Part shown: one piece after another, positions 1 through 9,200 of the stretch
How the letters are laid out: the number at the start of each line of letters is the position of its first letter
How positions within the stretch are numbered: the first letter of the stretch is position 1
NCBI GenBank assembly: GCA_963843145.1
Contig: CAWJJC010000028.1
Location: 448,001 to 512,000 of the forward strand
DNA: 64,000 bases
Origin: an uncultured delta proteobacterium
GTDB taxonomy: Bacteria; Desulfobacterota; RBG-13-43-22
Reading direction: 5' to 3'
Translations under genes and position numbers: made by a program
Notes under the pieces: generated by a model
The model's database searches: none
What the model was told of the DNA's origin: nothing
Seen by the model: only the letters and a program-made list of their open reading frames with translations

Positions 1-163
1 TCCATTGGCTTAAAGAATTCTGGGAAAATATCAGCGAGAGGAGAATACCGGAAATGCCGATGGAAATAACTAAATAGAAAGCCTTTTTCCCCATAACTCC
101 TCTACCTGGGCGGGATTTCAGTCATCCGCAGCGAGGGCTAAGGGAATAGGCCGGCCCATGACC

Positions 164-700
164 CTACCGAGTCAGGGTTATATTAAAACGGACATACTGC
201 GGATCCTGGTGAAGATCCATGAGGCCGGCCAGGGTTCTTTTATTAGGCCCGGAATAATTCAGGGAATATTTGGTATAGAGGCTGGTATCAGTACACCAGG
301 CAAAATTGCGGCCCTTCACATACCCGTCACTATAGGTCCAGAATTCCGCCCGGGTTATCGACTGAGTCGAACAGCAGGAATTGGTATAGCCGATAAGGGA
401 GGTCCCCGAGAAGGTCATGGTTCCGCTGCAGGATTGTCCCCCGCCCTGGGGAGAGGCTATATAATTCCAGTTCCCGGTCAGGTCCTTCTCCGAATAAGTG
501 GGGGTGTTCGTTCCTCCCCCACCGATTATGGGGGCATCCCCACCAGTGGTCGTACCGGTGGAGCCTGTCGCGCTGCCTCCCCCGCCGCTGCTGCTGCCGG
601 AACTGCAGGCTGAACTTAAAATGGCCAGGAACAATAACAATACCCCTAAGAAGTTACGAACCACCCTGGTTTTCCTTTGGCTTATTTTAGTGATCCACAT
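164..700 (-). CDS. Lipoprotein of unknown function (Ser/Gly/Thr linker plus Cys-containing beta-rich domain); paralog of 970..1536
   Basis: Hydrophobic stretch ending in lipobox LSSA-C. Low-complexity SSGSSSGGGG linker. C-terminal domain aligns by eye with 970..1536. True start may be a downstream GTG. Confidence 0.75.
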   Translation of the reverse strand: MWITKISQRKTRVVRNFLGVLLLFLAILSSACSSGSSSGGGGSATGSTGTTTGGDAPIIGGGGTNTPTYSEKDLTGNWNYIASPQGGGQSCSGTMTFSGTSLIGYTNSCCSTQSITRAEFWTYSDGYVKGRNFAWCTDTSLYTKYSLNYSGPNKRTLAGLMDLHQDPQYVRFNITLTR

Positions 701-919
701 TAAAACAACGGAAATAGTTTTTCAAGCCCAAGTTTGTTGTTCCTGATATTTATTTGGAACAGCCGGTCATGACCCAATCGTTGAAAAAAAACAGACAATT
801 CGCCCCCTTGGGCGGGTATTTTCCGGATCAGGTCTGCCGAGAGGTCTCGGCGAAAGGATTTTCCAGGGGCGAACAACCCATCCAATTAAAAGAATTTCGG
901 AAAATCTATTGATTGGCTT

Positions 920-946
920 TAAAGAATTCGTTAAAATCCCCGATAA
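920..946 (+). promoter_or_regulatory. Sigma-28 (FliA)-like promoter
   Basis: TAAAGAAT-N11-CCCGATAA matches the TAAAGTTT-N11-GCCGATAA consensus. It lies 23 nt before ATG 970, which has an AGGAGA RBS. Confidence 0.45.
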
Positions 947-969
947 AAATTTTTAGGAGATCGGAAGCC

Positions 970-1536
970 ATGAAAAGGTTATGGTGGTGGGTTGGTATCT
1001 TGACTTGTCTCACCCTTTCCTGCAGCAGCAGCGGGAGCGGCAGCGGGGGGGGGGGTAATATTATGGGCAATAGTATTACCTATAAAAAGGAGGACTTGGC
1101 GGGGAGCTGGAATTACTCGGCGAGACAGCAAGGAGGGCCGAACAACTGCAGCGGAACGATGACCTTTGACCAGAATATCCATCTGACGGGAATCAGCAAC
1201 AGTTGCTGCCCTGGGGGGCAGCAACTCAATCGATCGGAATTTTGGTTTTGGGATTACGGTTATGTCAAAGCGTATAATTACGCCTGGTGCACTAATCCGG
1301 ATATGCTCATGAAATATTCCATGAACTTCCAGGGGTCGGACAAAAGGACCATCGCCGGGTTGCTGGATGTCCATGAAAGCGTAGGGGACAATTACACCCG
1401 GTTTGATATCACCATGACCAGCCAGGCACCAAGACCAGTAACTCCTCTCCCGATCGATCCGGGAACGAGTCCCGCCCTGCAAGGCAAAAGGCCTGTCAGG
1501 ACAGCAGGTCTATCGATGGTCCCTCCGAAAAAGTAG
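970..1536 (+). CDS. Lipoprotein of unknown function; paralog of 164..700
   Basis: ATG 970 after AGGAGA. Signal MKRLWWWVGILTCLTLS-C. Shared motifs DLxGxWNY, CSGTMTF, NSCC, EFW, AWCT, KRTxAGL. Confidence 0.8.
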   Translation: MKRLWWWVGILTCLTLSCSSSGSGSGGGGNIMGNSITYKKEDLAGSWNYSARQQGGPNNCSGTMTFDQNIHLTGISNSCCPGGQQLNRSEFWFWDYGYVKAYNYAWCTNPDMLMKYSMNFQGSDKRTIAGLLDVHESVGDNYTRFDITMTSQAPRPVTPLPIDPGTSPALQGKRPVRTAGLSMVPPKK

Positions 1537-1542
1537 TGGAAG

Positions 1543-1872
1543 TCAGGCCGGAACTACCCCGTAGGTGCGGGGTTTTTCCTTCCTGAAGGCTGCCACGGTA
1601 AAATTCCTAAACCAGATCATCGAATCCGCTTTGCTCCAGAGGCAGGGGTGCCCTTTTAAGGGGGTGTCCGTCTTATAGGTCAAAATCGGATCTTCATCCA
1701 GATACCCCGTTATGGTCCGGTCGTTTATTTTCACCTCCAAGGCCTACCGGCGATCGGACTCGATTTTCTTGGGACTCGCCGCCCGTTGAATGCGCCGGTG
1801 ATTGTCATATTCAAAAAGAACCAATTTGTCCTCCAGGGCGTTCAGACGCCAGGCAACATAATTCCGGGATGA
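1543..1872 (-). pseudogene. Remnant of a DUF1080-like beta-sandwich domain with an in-frame TAG
   Basis: Frame reads RNYVAWRLNALEDKLVLFEY...KKIESDRR*ALEVKINDRTITGYLD...LWSKADSMIWF. Stop at 1744-1746. No start codon or N-terminal part. Confidence 0.55.
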
Positions 1873-1892
1873 TCAGAATGTTTTTAACCGAT

Positions 1893-3227
1893 TTAAATCG
1901 GCCCCAACAGTTTTACCAAAAGTCCTAGGACCCCGGCCGAAATTAGTGCCGTGATCATCCCCACCCTGAGCCACTGCAGGGCGGCGAAGGAAGTAAAGCC
2001 TATAACTATCCCCAACCAATTTACTTCACCGGCTGCCGGAAAGAGGACCTGGATTCCGAACCAGACGGCCAGATTGAGAACCACCCCGAAGACCGCGGCG
2101 GTGATGGCCGAGAGGGCGGCGGTCAATTTTTTATTTCTTCTGAATTTCTCAATATAGGGGCCCCCCAGCATAATAAATAAGAAAGAGGGGAGAAAGGTAA
2201 AGTAAGTGGCGGTGAGGGAGCCGATAAGTCCGGCCCAGATTGGATTTAATGCTCCCGGATGATTCCTGCCAGCCATAAAGCCCACAAACTGGACCACCAT
2301 GATTAACGGGCCGGGAGTGGTTTCGGCTAACCCCAATCCATCAAGCATCTGGGGACCGGTCAGCCAGGCGAATTGCTCCACTCCGGCCTGGGCGATATAG
2401 GCCAAGACGGCGTAGGCTCCGCCAAAGGTTAGAAAAGCGGCCTTGCTGAAGAACAATCCTTCGGTGACAAAGACCGGATTTGAAAATAAGGTCAGCCCTC
2501 CCATCGGGACAATCCAGAGCGACAGAAAAACTAGAATTAGAATAATATTCCTTTTCATGGAGGGTTCGATATGGCAGGGGAGGTCTAGGTCACAGTATTG
2601 GACATAAGCATCCTCAGAATCACCGTCCTTCTCCTTGATGGTCTCGAATTTCCTGGGAAGGAATATTCCTCCCAGGAGCCCTATCAATCCGGCGCTGAGG
2701 ATGATTAGTGGAAAGGGAACTTTGAAAAAGAAAATCGCTACAAAGGACAGGACCCCCATGGCTATCATCACTTCATTCTTTAAGGCCTTTTGGGCAATTT
2801 TAATGACGGCGGCAGCCACAATGGCCAGGACGGCCGGTTTAAGACCGCTGAAAACCGCGGCAATCCAGGGGATATTCCCATAGACGGCATAAACCAGGCT
2901 GAGGCCGAAAAGGATAAAAATAGAGGGGATAACAAAGAAACACCCCGCCGCCACCCCTCCCGGAATTTTATGGAGTAGCCAGCCGATATAGATGGCCAAC
3001 TGCTTCGCTTCGGGGCCCGGCAGGAGCATGCAGTAGTTAAGGGCTTGGAGGAACCGGGTGTTGGAAATCCATTTCCGTTTTTCTACCAGTTCCTGGTGCA
3101 TGATGGCGATTTGCCCGGTTGGTCCGCCGAAACTGATGAATCCCAGTTTTAGCCAGAATTTGAAAGCCTCTAAAAAGGAAGGGTGTGGCGTTCTTCCGTT
3201 CATCTGAGGATAACTGGGATTTGCCAA
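1893..3227 (-). CDS. chrA: Chromate efflux transporter (long-chain CHR family)
   Basis: Two CHR repeats with LGFISFGG, LLPGPEA, TFGGAYAVL and AETTPGPL motifs. Downstream of chrB. Confidence 0.92.
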   Translation of the reverse strand: MANPSYPQMNGRTPHPSFLEAFKFWLKLGFISFGGPTGQIAIMHQELVEKRKWISNTRFLQALNYCMLLPGPEAKQLAIYIGWLLHKIPGGVAAGCFFVIPSIFILFGLSLVYAVYGNIPWIAAVFSGLKPAVLAIVAAAVIKIAQKALKNEVMIAMGVLSFVAIFFFKVPFPLIILSAGLIGLLGGIFLPRKFETIKEKDGDSEDAYVQYCDLDLPCHIEPSMKRNIILILVFLSLWIVPMGGLTLFSNPVFVTEGLFFSKAAFLTFGGAYAVLAYIAQAGVEQFAWLTGPQMLDGLGLAETTPGPLIMVVQFVGFMAGRNHPGALNPIWAGLIGSLTATYFTFLPSFLFIMLGGPYIEKFRRNKKLTAALSAITAAVFGVVLNLAVWFGIQVLFPAAGEVNWLGIVIGFTSFAALQWLRVGMITALISAGVLGLLVKLLGPI

Positions 3228-3238
3228 GGGGATAGCTC

Positions 3239-3908
3239 CTATTTCTCGGTATTTTCAAGGACCAGGATATCCTGTCCCCAAATCGCAAAACCAACCGTGC
3301 CGATGATCCCAAAGATGAAGGCCGTGATGAAGTTCGTCTCCGGGCTGATTTGCCATAGAAACGCGCCTCCCAGGGCGGCGGCGGATACAAAGACGTCCCG
3401 GATCAGGTAATAGAGCCCGAACATGCCCGCCTGGCAGCTTTTGGGGGAGAGATCCATGATCAGGGACTTGCGGGTGGGCTCGCCGAATTCCTTGAGACCT
3501 CGGAGGATAAAAGCCAGGACCAGCCATTCGAAGGAGCGGCTATAAAGTAAGACCAAGGGGAAGAAAGTGAAAAACACAAAGGTCGTGAGAACAAAAGGCT
3601 TCTTGTGGCTCCGATCCGCCCAGTAGGCCACCGGGATATAGACCAATACCGCCGTGGCCATCTCGATCGTCGTCAGGAGGCCGAATTGAAGGGCCGACAC
3701 CGGATCGGCGATGGTTTTCAGGCACCAGACCACTACGAAGGCGTAGGGGATCTGCTCGCAGAAGCGGATCAGGATATCGGTAACCAGGAGCCCCTTCATG
3801 GACGGGTTCATCAGCCGCAGTAGTCTCAGCGGATTTTTTTCCGGGGAAAGTGCGCAGGCCTCCCCCGAGGATTTCGTGGCGGACCTGTCGTCGGCGAGCA
3901 GCCGTTGC
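3239..3908 (-). pseudogene. C-terminal half of an MFS transporter, 5' half deleted
   Basis: Only ~6 TM segments (ILIRFCEQIPYAF, RGLKEFGEPTRK). The frame continues upstream as a central loop (QRLLADD...PEKNPLRLLRLMNP) into chrB sequence with no start. Confidence 0.7.
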
Positions 3909-4869
3909 GTCTTTGGAAATAGGTATACAAATTTTCATACATACGGATGCCCTCCTCGAGGCGCTGATCGTCGTCCGGATGAGACGAGACCAGTCCGGTC
4001 AATAAGGCTCGGAAGCCGTCCGTTTCACGTCGGTTGAATTTATCGTCCTTTAAGTCGATGTCGTGGACGATCTCGGCCAGCGGTACCAGTCCCCGGTCCC
4101 GGAGTTGGCATCGCCCGATCATTACCTCAAAAGTACACCGGTCTCCTTCGTGGGTGAATTCTCCGTCGAACAGGTCGAAACGAAGTTCCCCGGGCTGGGG
4201 GGTATAATGGGGGCCGCGGACGAACTTGAAGACCGCTTCTTGATCGATAAAGCGCCTGATCAACCAGCCGCAGGCCAGGCGATCCACAAAGAGGTTTTTC
4301 CGGGTCACCCAGGTTATTCCCTGCAGCCGGTCGACCTCCTCCCGACCGCCAGGCGCCGTCGAGGGCTCACCGGCAACTTGGGTTTCCAGGTCCAGGAGCA
4401 GGGCTTCCGCGGTTCCCCGTTCGACCGTTTGAAAGAAGTCGATGGCGAAAACCTCGTCTAATCGGCGCCGCAGCCGGGAGACCCGGGCCGGTCCCTTCAG
4501 CGTCGGATCCCTTGGGTCGTCTGGCCTGGACGCCCCGGTGTTGAGCAACTGCCGGGCCTCCCGGATAATGTTTTCGTAATCGGACCGCCGGGCGCCTTGA
4601 AAAAGGGCGATGATCTGGTCGTCAGCCAGGCCTTCCAGAAACCGCGCCTCCGAGATGGACCCCTCCCCGCCGCCCTCGACGATCTCTTTGAGTATCCAGT
4701 TCAAGTCCTCCCGTGAGTGTTCGGAATGGGGTAAGGCATAGACCGATTGTTTTACGGCCACTGCGCCCACCTGCTGTAACCGCCGCCAGATTTTCACCCG
4801 CAACGCGTTGGGTTTGGGGGGAATTTGATGCATCAGAAGCAACCACTTTTTCGGATCATTGGGGGGCAT
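3826..4869 (-). CDS. chrB: Chromate resistance regulator ChrB (C-terminus altered by deletion)
   Basis: N-terminal WLLLMHQIPPKP..RVKIWRRL. ChrB_C motifs WVTR..VDRLACGWLIRRFID and FTHEGDRCTFE. Confidence 0.88.
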   Translation of the reverse strand: MPPNDPKKWLLLMHQIPPKPNALRVKIWRRLQQVGAVAVKQSVYALPHSEHSREDLNWILKEIVEGGGEGSISEARFLEGLADDQIIALFQGARRSDYENIIREARQLLNTGASRPDDPRDPTLKGPARVSRLRRRLDEVFAIDFFQTVERGTAEALLLDLETQVAGEPSTAPGGREEVDRLQGITWVTRKNLFVDRLACGWLIRRFIDQEAVFKFVRGPHYTPQPGELRFDLFDGEFTHEGDRCTFEVMIGRCQLRDRGLVPLAEIVHDIDLKDDKFNRRETDGFRALLTGLVSSHPDDDQRLEEGIRMYENLYTYFQRRNGCSPTTGPPRNPRGRPAHFPRKKIR

Positions 4870-4889
4870 GAGTTACTCCAAAAAACAAT

Positions 4890-4928
4890 TGTTACATATT
4901 TAATGTATCATCTGTTACAAATTGTCAA
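4890..4928 (-). promoter_or_regulatory. chrB promoter with repeated TGTTACA/TGTATCA boxes (putative ChrB operator)
   Basis: -35 TTGACA on the minus strand at 4923-4928. TGTTACA at 4890 and 4913; TGTATCA at 4904. Confidence 0.4.
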
Positions 4929-5034
4929 GAGCGATTTCTATTAATTTGGTCAAAAGAGCACTTTACAATATTTGAATAACAGTGTAAAATTCCTCAAAAT
5001 ATCAAACCATTTTGCAGCAGGTAGGGGAAAAATT

Positions 5035-5355
5035 ATGAAAAGTATTGGCAATATGGGTAATATCATGAACCAGGCCAAAAAAATGCAGGAGCGGTTGGCC
5101 TCCGTTCAGGAGGAGATGGCCCTCAAAACGATCGATGGGTCGGCCGGGGGCGGGATGGTGACCGTTACCGCCAATGGCCGCCAGGAGATCATTTCCTTGA
5201 AAATCGAACCGGAGGTGGTCAATCCGGAGGACATCGAGATGCTCCAGGACCTGGTTCAGGCCGCGGTGAACGATGCCTTGCGCAAATCCCAGGAGATGGT
5301 CCAACAGGAAATGTCCAAGATCACCGGGGGCCTGAAGATTCCCGGTTTGTTCTAG
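5035..5355 (+). CDS. ybaB: YbaB/EbfC nucleoid-associated protein
   Basis: MNQAKKMQERL, GSAGGGMVTV, DIEMLQDLV, ITGGLKIPGLF. Directly upstream of recR. Confidence 0.93.
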   Translation: MKSIGNMGNIMNQAKKMQERLASVQEEMALKTIDGSAGGGMVTVTANGRQEIISLKIEPEVVNPEDIEMLQDLVQAAVNDALRKSQEMVQQEMSKITGGLKIPGLF

Positions 5356-5357
5356 CC

Positions 5358-5963
5358 ATGGCCTTATACCCGCCCCCCCTGGCCCGGCTGATCGCCTCCC
5401 TGACCCGCCTGCCGGGGTTGGGGGAGAAGAGCGCCACCCGCCTGGCCCTGCACTTCCTGCGCACCTCGGAGGAGGAAATCCAGGAATTGGCCCGAAGCCT
5501 GGTCCAGGTGAAGGAAAAGATCCGCACCTGCTCCATCTGTTTTAACTGGACGGAATCCGACCCCTGCCCTTTGTGTCTCCATCCGGGAAGAAGGGCCGAC
5601 CTGCTTTGCGTGGTGGAAGGTCCGGGTGACTTATTGGCCCTGGAAAAGAGCGGAGGATTCAAAGGAAAATATCATGTCCTCCAGGGGACCTTGTCGCCGA
5701 TCGACGGAATCGGCCCCCGGGAATTGCGGATTCGAGAACTCCTGGATCGACTGGAGAAAGAGTCCATCAGCGAAGTGGTTCTGGCCCTCAATCCGACCAC
5801 GGAAGGGGAGGCGACCATCTCCTATCTGACCGAACAGATCAAGGCCCGCAGACCCCAGGCGCGCCTCACCCGGATCGCCTACGGCATTCCCATGGGCGGG
5901 GACTTGAAATATATGGATAACTACACCATCAAAATGTCGCTGGAAAGCCGGAGAGAAACATAA
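5358..5963 (+). CDS. recR: Recombination mediator RecR
   Basis: LPGLGEKSATRLA HhH, C4 zinc finger, TOPRIM (ALNPTTEGEAT), RIAYGIPMGGDL. Confidence 0.96.
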   Translation: MALYPPPLARLIASLTRLPGLGEKSATRLALHFLRTSEEEIQELARSLVQVKEKIRTCSICFNWTESDPCPLCLHPGRRADLLCVVEGPGDLLALEKSGGFKGKYHVLQGTLSPIDGIGPRELRIRELLDRLEKESISEVVLALNPTTEGEATISYLTEQIKARRPQARLTRIAYGIPMGGDLKYMDNYTIKMSLESRRET

Positions 5964-6072
5964 CCAAAACTATTTGAATTTTTGGTCCAAATCCAATATT
6001 CGACGCCTGAATTTCGAAATCGTTCACGAATCTCGACAAGATAATACAAAAATTCAACAGGTGAAAAACACT

Positions 6073-7752
6073 ATGACCAGTAGCGGATTAATGAAGGGTT
6101 CAGAAATCATCGTCGAGGTCCTGCGGGAAGAGGGGGTGGACGTGCTGTTCGGTTTTCCCGGCGGATCGGTTATCCCGCTCTACGACGCACTCTACGACTG
6201 TTCCATCCGTCATATCTTGACTCGCCATGAGCAGGGTGCGGTCCACGCGGCCGATGGCTATGCCCGGGCGACCGGCAAGGTGGGGGTCTGCATCGCCACC
6301 TCCGGACCCGGGGCCACGAATCTGGTGACCGGGCTGGCCAACGCCAACATGGATTCCGTGCCCCTGGTGGCCCTAACCGGCCAGGTGCCCACCCACATGA
6401 TCGGCAACGACAGTTTTCAGGAAGCCGATATTTACGGGATCAGCATTCCCATTACCAAGTATAATTTTTTGGTGAAGGACTTGAAGGATCTGGCCCGGAC
6501 CCTGAAAGAGGCCTTTTATATTGCCCGCACCGGGCGTCCGGGTCCGGTCCTGGTGGACCTGCCCAAGGATATCCAGGAAAACAAAATAAGGTATAAACCC
6601 GTCGGAGAGGTTCAAATTCCGAGCTACCATCCCACCTTTAAGGGGCATCCCAAGCAGATCGAGACCATGGTCCGGGCCATCCGGGAAGCACAGCGTCCGG
6701 TGGCTTATGTGGGCGGCGGGGTTATCTCCGCCGGGGCCACTGAGGAACTGGGGCGGTTTATCCGTACCTTACAGATTCCCATTACCAGCACTCTGATGGG
6801 TAAGGGAAGTTTTCCCGAAAACGATCCGCTGGCCCTGGGCATGCTGGGCATGCACGGCACCCGGTATGCCAATAACTCCGTCTACCACTCCGACCTCATC
6901 CTGGCCTTAGGGGTCCGGTTCGACGACCGGGTGGCCGGGGATGTGAAGAAATTCGCTCCCCAGGCCAAGATCGTCCACGTCGATATCGATCCGGCTGAAA
7001 TCGGCAAACGGGTGAATGTGGATATTCCCATTGTGGGCGACTTGAAAACGGTGCTGACCCAGGCCTTGGCTCTGATCAAGGCCGGGGAACGGAAAAAATG
7101 GCTGGAGCAGATCAGCGAGTGGAAACGGCTGTACCCCTTGAAATATTCTCTGGAGGGGGGCCTGAAGCCCCAATATATCCTGGAGTGTATCAACGAGATC
7201 CCGGGTCGGGACCTGATCGTGGCCACCGATGTGGGACAGCATCAGATGTGGGCCGCCCAGTTCATCAAAACCCGGAAGCCGAGGGGTTTCATTTCCTCCG
7301 GCGGCCTGGGGACCATGGGTTTCGGCTTTCCGGCGGCTATTGGCGCTCAGGTGGGCTGTCCGGAGGACACGGTTATCGTGGTCTCCGGAGACGGGAGCTT
7401 CCAGATGTGTATTCAGGAATTGGCTACCATCAGGACCTATAATATCCCGGTCAAGATTTTTATATTCAATAACGGCGTCCTGGGGATGGTTCGTCAATGG
7501 CAGGAATTGTTCTGCAACAAGCGCTACTCCCAGACCCGGTTTGAATTCAACCCCGAGTTCACCAAGGTGGCGGAGGGCTACAGTATCCCGGGGCTGATCG
7601 TCCGGACTCACGAAGAGGTTAGGCCGGCCATCGATAAGGCCCTCTCGGACCCCGGGCCCTATCTGCTTGATTTTCGCGTGGCCCCGGAGGAAAACGTCTT
7701 CCCCATGGTCCCGGCCGGTAAGGGGATTTGTGAAAATATGGAGGAGTGTTAG
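6073..7752 (+). CDS. ilvB: Acetolactate synthase large subunit
   Basis: FGFPGG, RHEQGAVHAADGYAR, TSGPGATN, TPP motif GDGSFQM. Start ATG 6073 or 6091. Confidence 0.95.
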   Translation: MTSSGLMKGSEIIVEVLREEGVDVLFGFPGGSVIPLYDALYDCSIRHILTRHEQGAVHAADGYARATGKVGVCIATSGPGATNLVTGLANANMDSVPLVALTGQVPTHMIGNDSFQEADIYGISIPITKYNFLVKDLKDLARTLKEAFYIARTGRPGPVLVDLPKDIQENKIRYKPVGEVQIPSYHPTFKGHPKQIETMVRAIREAQRPVAYVGGGVISAGATEELGRFIRTLQIPITSTLMGKGSFPENDPLALGMLGMHGTRYANNSVYHSDLILALGVRFDDRVAGDVKKFAPQAKIVHVDIDPAEIGKRVNVDIPIVGDLKTVLTQALALIKAGERKKWLEQISEWKRLYPLKYSLEGGLKPQYILECINEIPGRDLIVATDVGQHQMWAAQFIKTRKPRGFISSGGLGTMGFGFPAAIGAQVGCPEDTVIVVSGDGSFQMCIQELATIRTYNIPVKIFIFNNGVLGMVRQWQELFCNKRYSQTRFEFNPEFTKVAEGYSIPGLIVRTHEEVRPAIDKALSDPGPYLLDFRVAPEENVFPMVPAGKGICENMEEC

Positions 7753-7755
7753 GTT

Positions 7756-8259
7756 ATGCGTCAGGTCATATCGGTCCTGGTTCGAAATCATCCCGGGGTT
7801 CTCTCCCATGTGGCCAGCCTCTTCACCCGGCGGGCCTATAATATTGAAAGCATTGCCGCCGGCGTTACCGAACGGCCGGACGTGACCCGCATCACCCTGG
7901 TGGTCTCCGGGGATGAAACGGTGCTGGAGCAGGTCATCAAGCAGCTTCGGAAACTGATCGACGTCATCCGGGTCATTGACCTTAAATATTCCCAGGCGGT
8001 CACCCGGGAATTAATTCTGATGACCGTCTTGCTCCCGGCGGATAAAAGGGTGGAATTTATCCAGATCGCCAATTCCTTCGGGGCGGTGATCGTGGATATT
8101 TCCGATCAGACGGCCACCATTGAATTTTCAGGGAACGAACGGCAGATCCACTCCGTCTTAATGGCCCTGGCGGCTTTCAAGGCCAAGGAAATGGCCCGCA
8201 CCGGTCTGATCGCCCTGCCGATCGAGAGTTTGGGGGACAGCAAAGAATTTATCGTTTAA
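7756..8259 (+). CDS. ilvN: Acetolactate synthase small subunit
   Basis: ACT domain NHPGVLSHVASLFTRRAYNIES; EMARTG. Follows ilvB. Confidence 0.93.
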   Translation: MRQVISVLVRNHPGVLSHVASLFTRRAYNIESIAAGVTERPDVTRITLVVSGDETVLEQVIKQLRKLIDVIRVIDLKYSQAVTRELILMTVLLPADKRVEFIQIANSFGAVIVDISDQTATIEFSGNERQIHSVLMALAAFKAKEMARTGLIALPIESLGDSKEFIV

Positions 8260-8336
8260 CTCTTGACAAGAAATTAAGGGATATGATAAATAATAACGTT
8301 TTATGGATTTAAAATCTGGAAAGTGCGAGTGAAACC

Positions 8337-8897
8337 GTGAAAAATCCAATGATTGAAGTGCGCATTCATGGCCGGGGAGGGCAGGGAGCAGTGACTTCGG
8401 CGGAGCTGATGGCCTTGGCGGCCATCGACGAAGGAAAATACGCTCAGGCTTTTCCCAGCTTCGGCCCGGAACGCCGAGGCGCGCCGGTGGTGGCCTTTCT
8501 GAGAGTCAGTGAGGCTCAGATTCGGATTCGGTCCAAGGTCTATCAACCCGACGTGGTGGTGGTCTTGGATCCCACCTTGTTGGATATCGTGGACGTTTCT
8601 GCCGGGCTGAAACCCAAAGGAACCGTGATTATTAATTCCGCCAAAAGCGCCGAACAGATCCAAAAGCAATACGGCTTTAAAGGGCGGCTGGCGACCGTGG
8701 ATGCGACGAAAATTGCGATGGAGGAAATGCGGGTCCCGATTACCAATACCACCATGCTGGGGGCCTTGATCAAGGCAACCGGCATGACCCGGTTGCCCTC
8801 CATGGAAAAACCGCTCAAGGTCCGCTTCGGCAAGATAGCGGAGCGCAACCAAAAATCCATGCAGCGGGCCTATGAAGAAACCGCGATAAGGGAGTAA
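8337..8897 (+). CDS. porC: Pyruvate/2-oxoacid:ferredoxin oxidoreductase gamma subunit
   Basis: EVRIHGRGGQGAVT, FGPERRGAPV, NTTMLGA. Confidence 0.9.
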   Translation: MKNPMIEVRIHGRGGQGAVTSAELMALAAIDEGKYAQAFPSFGPERRGAPVVAFLRVSEAQIRIRSKVYQPDVVVVLDPTLLDIVDVSAGLKPKGTVIINSAKSAEQIQKQYGFKGRLATVDATKIAMEEMRVPITNTTMLGALIKATGMTRLPSMEKPLKVRFGKIAERNQKSMQRAYEETAIRE

Positions 8898-8901
8898 ACC
8901 G

Positions 8902-9198
8902 GTGGCGAAAATTGATGCCTTGATGCCCTGGAGAGAGGTGCCTTTGGGAGGCGCCATCCTGGAACCGGGCAATGCCAGGAAGTTTAAGACCGGAGACTGG
9001 CGGTCCAAAATCCGCCCGGTCACCGATCGAGAAAAATGCATTAAATGCGGAATGTGCTGGGTGTTTTGTCCGGATATGGCCTATGCCCACCGGGAAGACG
9101 GCTATTTCGACTGGAACAGCGATTACTGCAAAGGTTGCGGTATTTGCGCCCGGGAATGTCCCAAAGAGGCCATTCAGATGGTTGCGGAGGAAGAATAG
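8902..9198 (+). CDS. porD: Pyruvate/2-oxoacid:ferredoxin oxidoreductase delta subunit (2x[4Fe-4S])
   Basis: KTGDWR, CIKCGMCWVFCPD, YCKGCGICARECP. Confidence 0.9.
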   Translation: MAKIDALMPWREVPLGGAILEPGNARKFKTGDWRSKIRPVTDREKCIKCGMCWVFCPDMAYAHREDGYFDWNSDYCKGCGICARECPKEAIQMVAEEE

Positions 9199-9200
9199 CT

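Noticed and set aside
1744-1746. In-frame TAG as pyrrolysine readthrough
   Set aside because: The surrounding frame lacks a start and N-terminal domain, and no pyl genes are in view. A nonsense mutation in a remnant is simpler.
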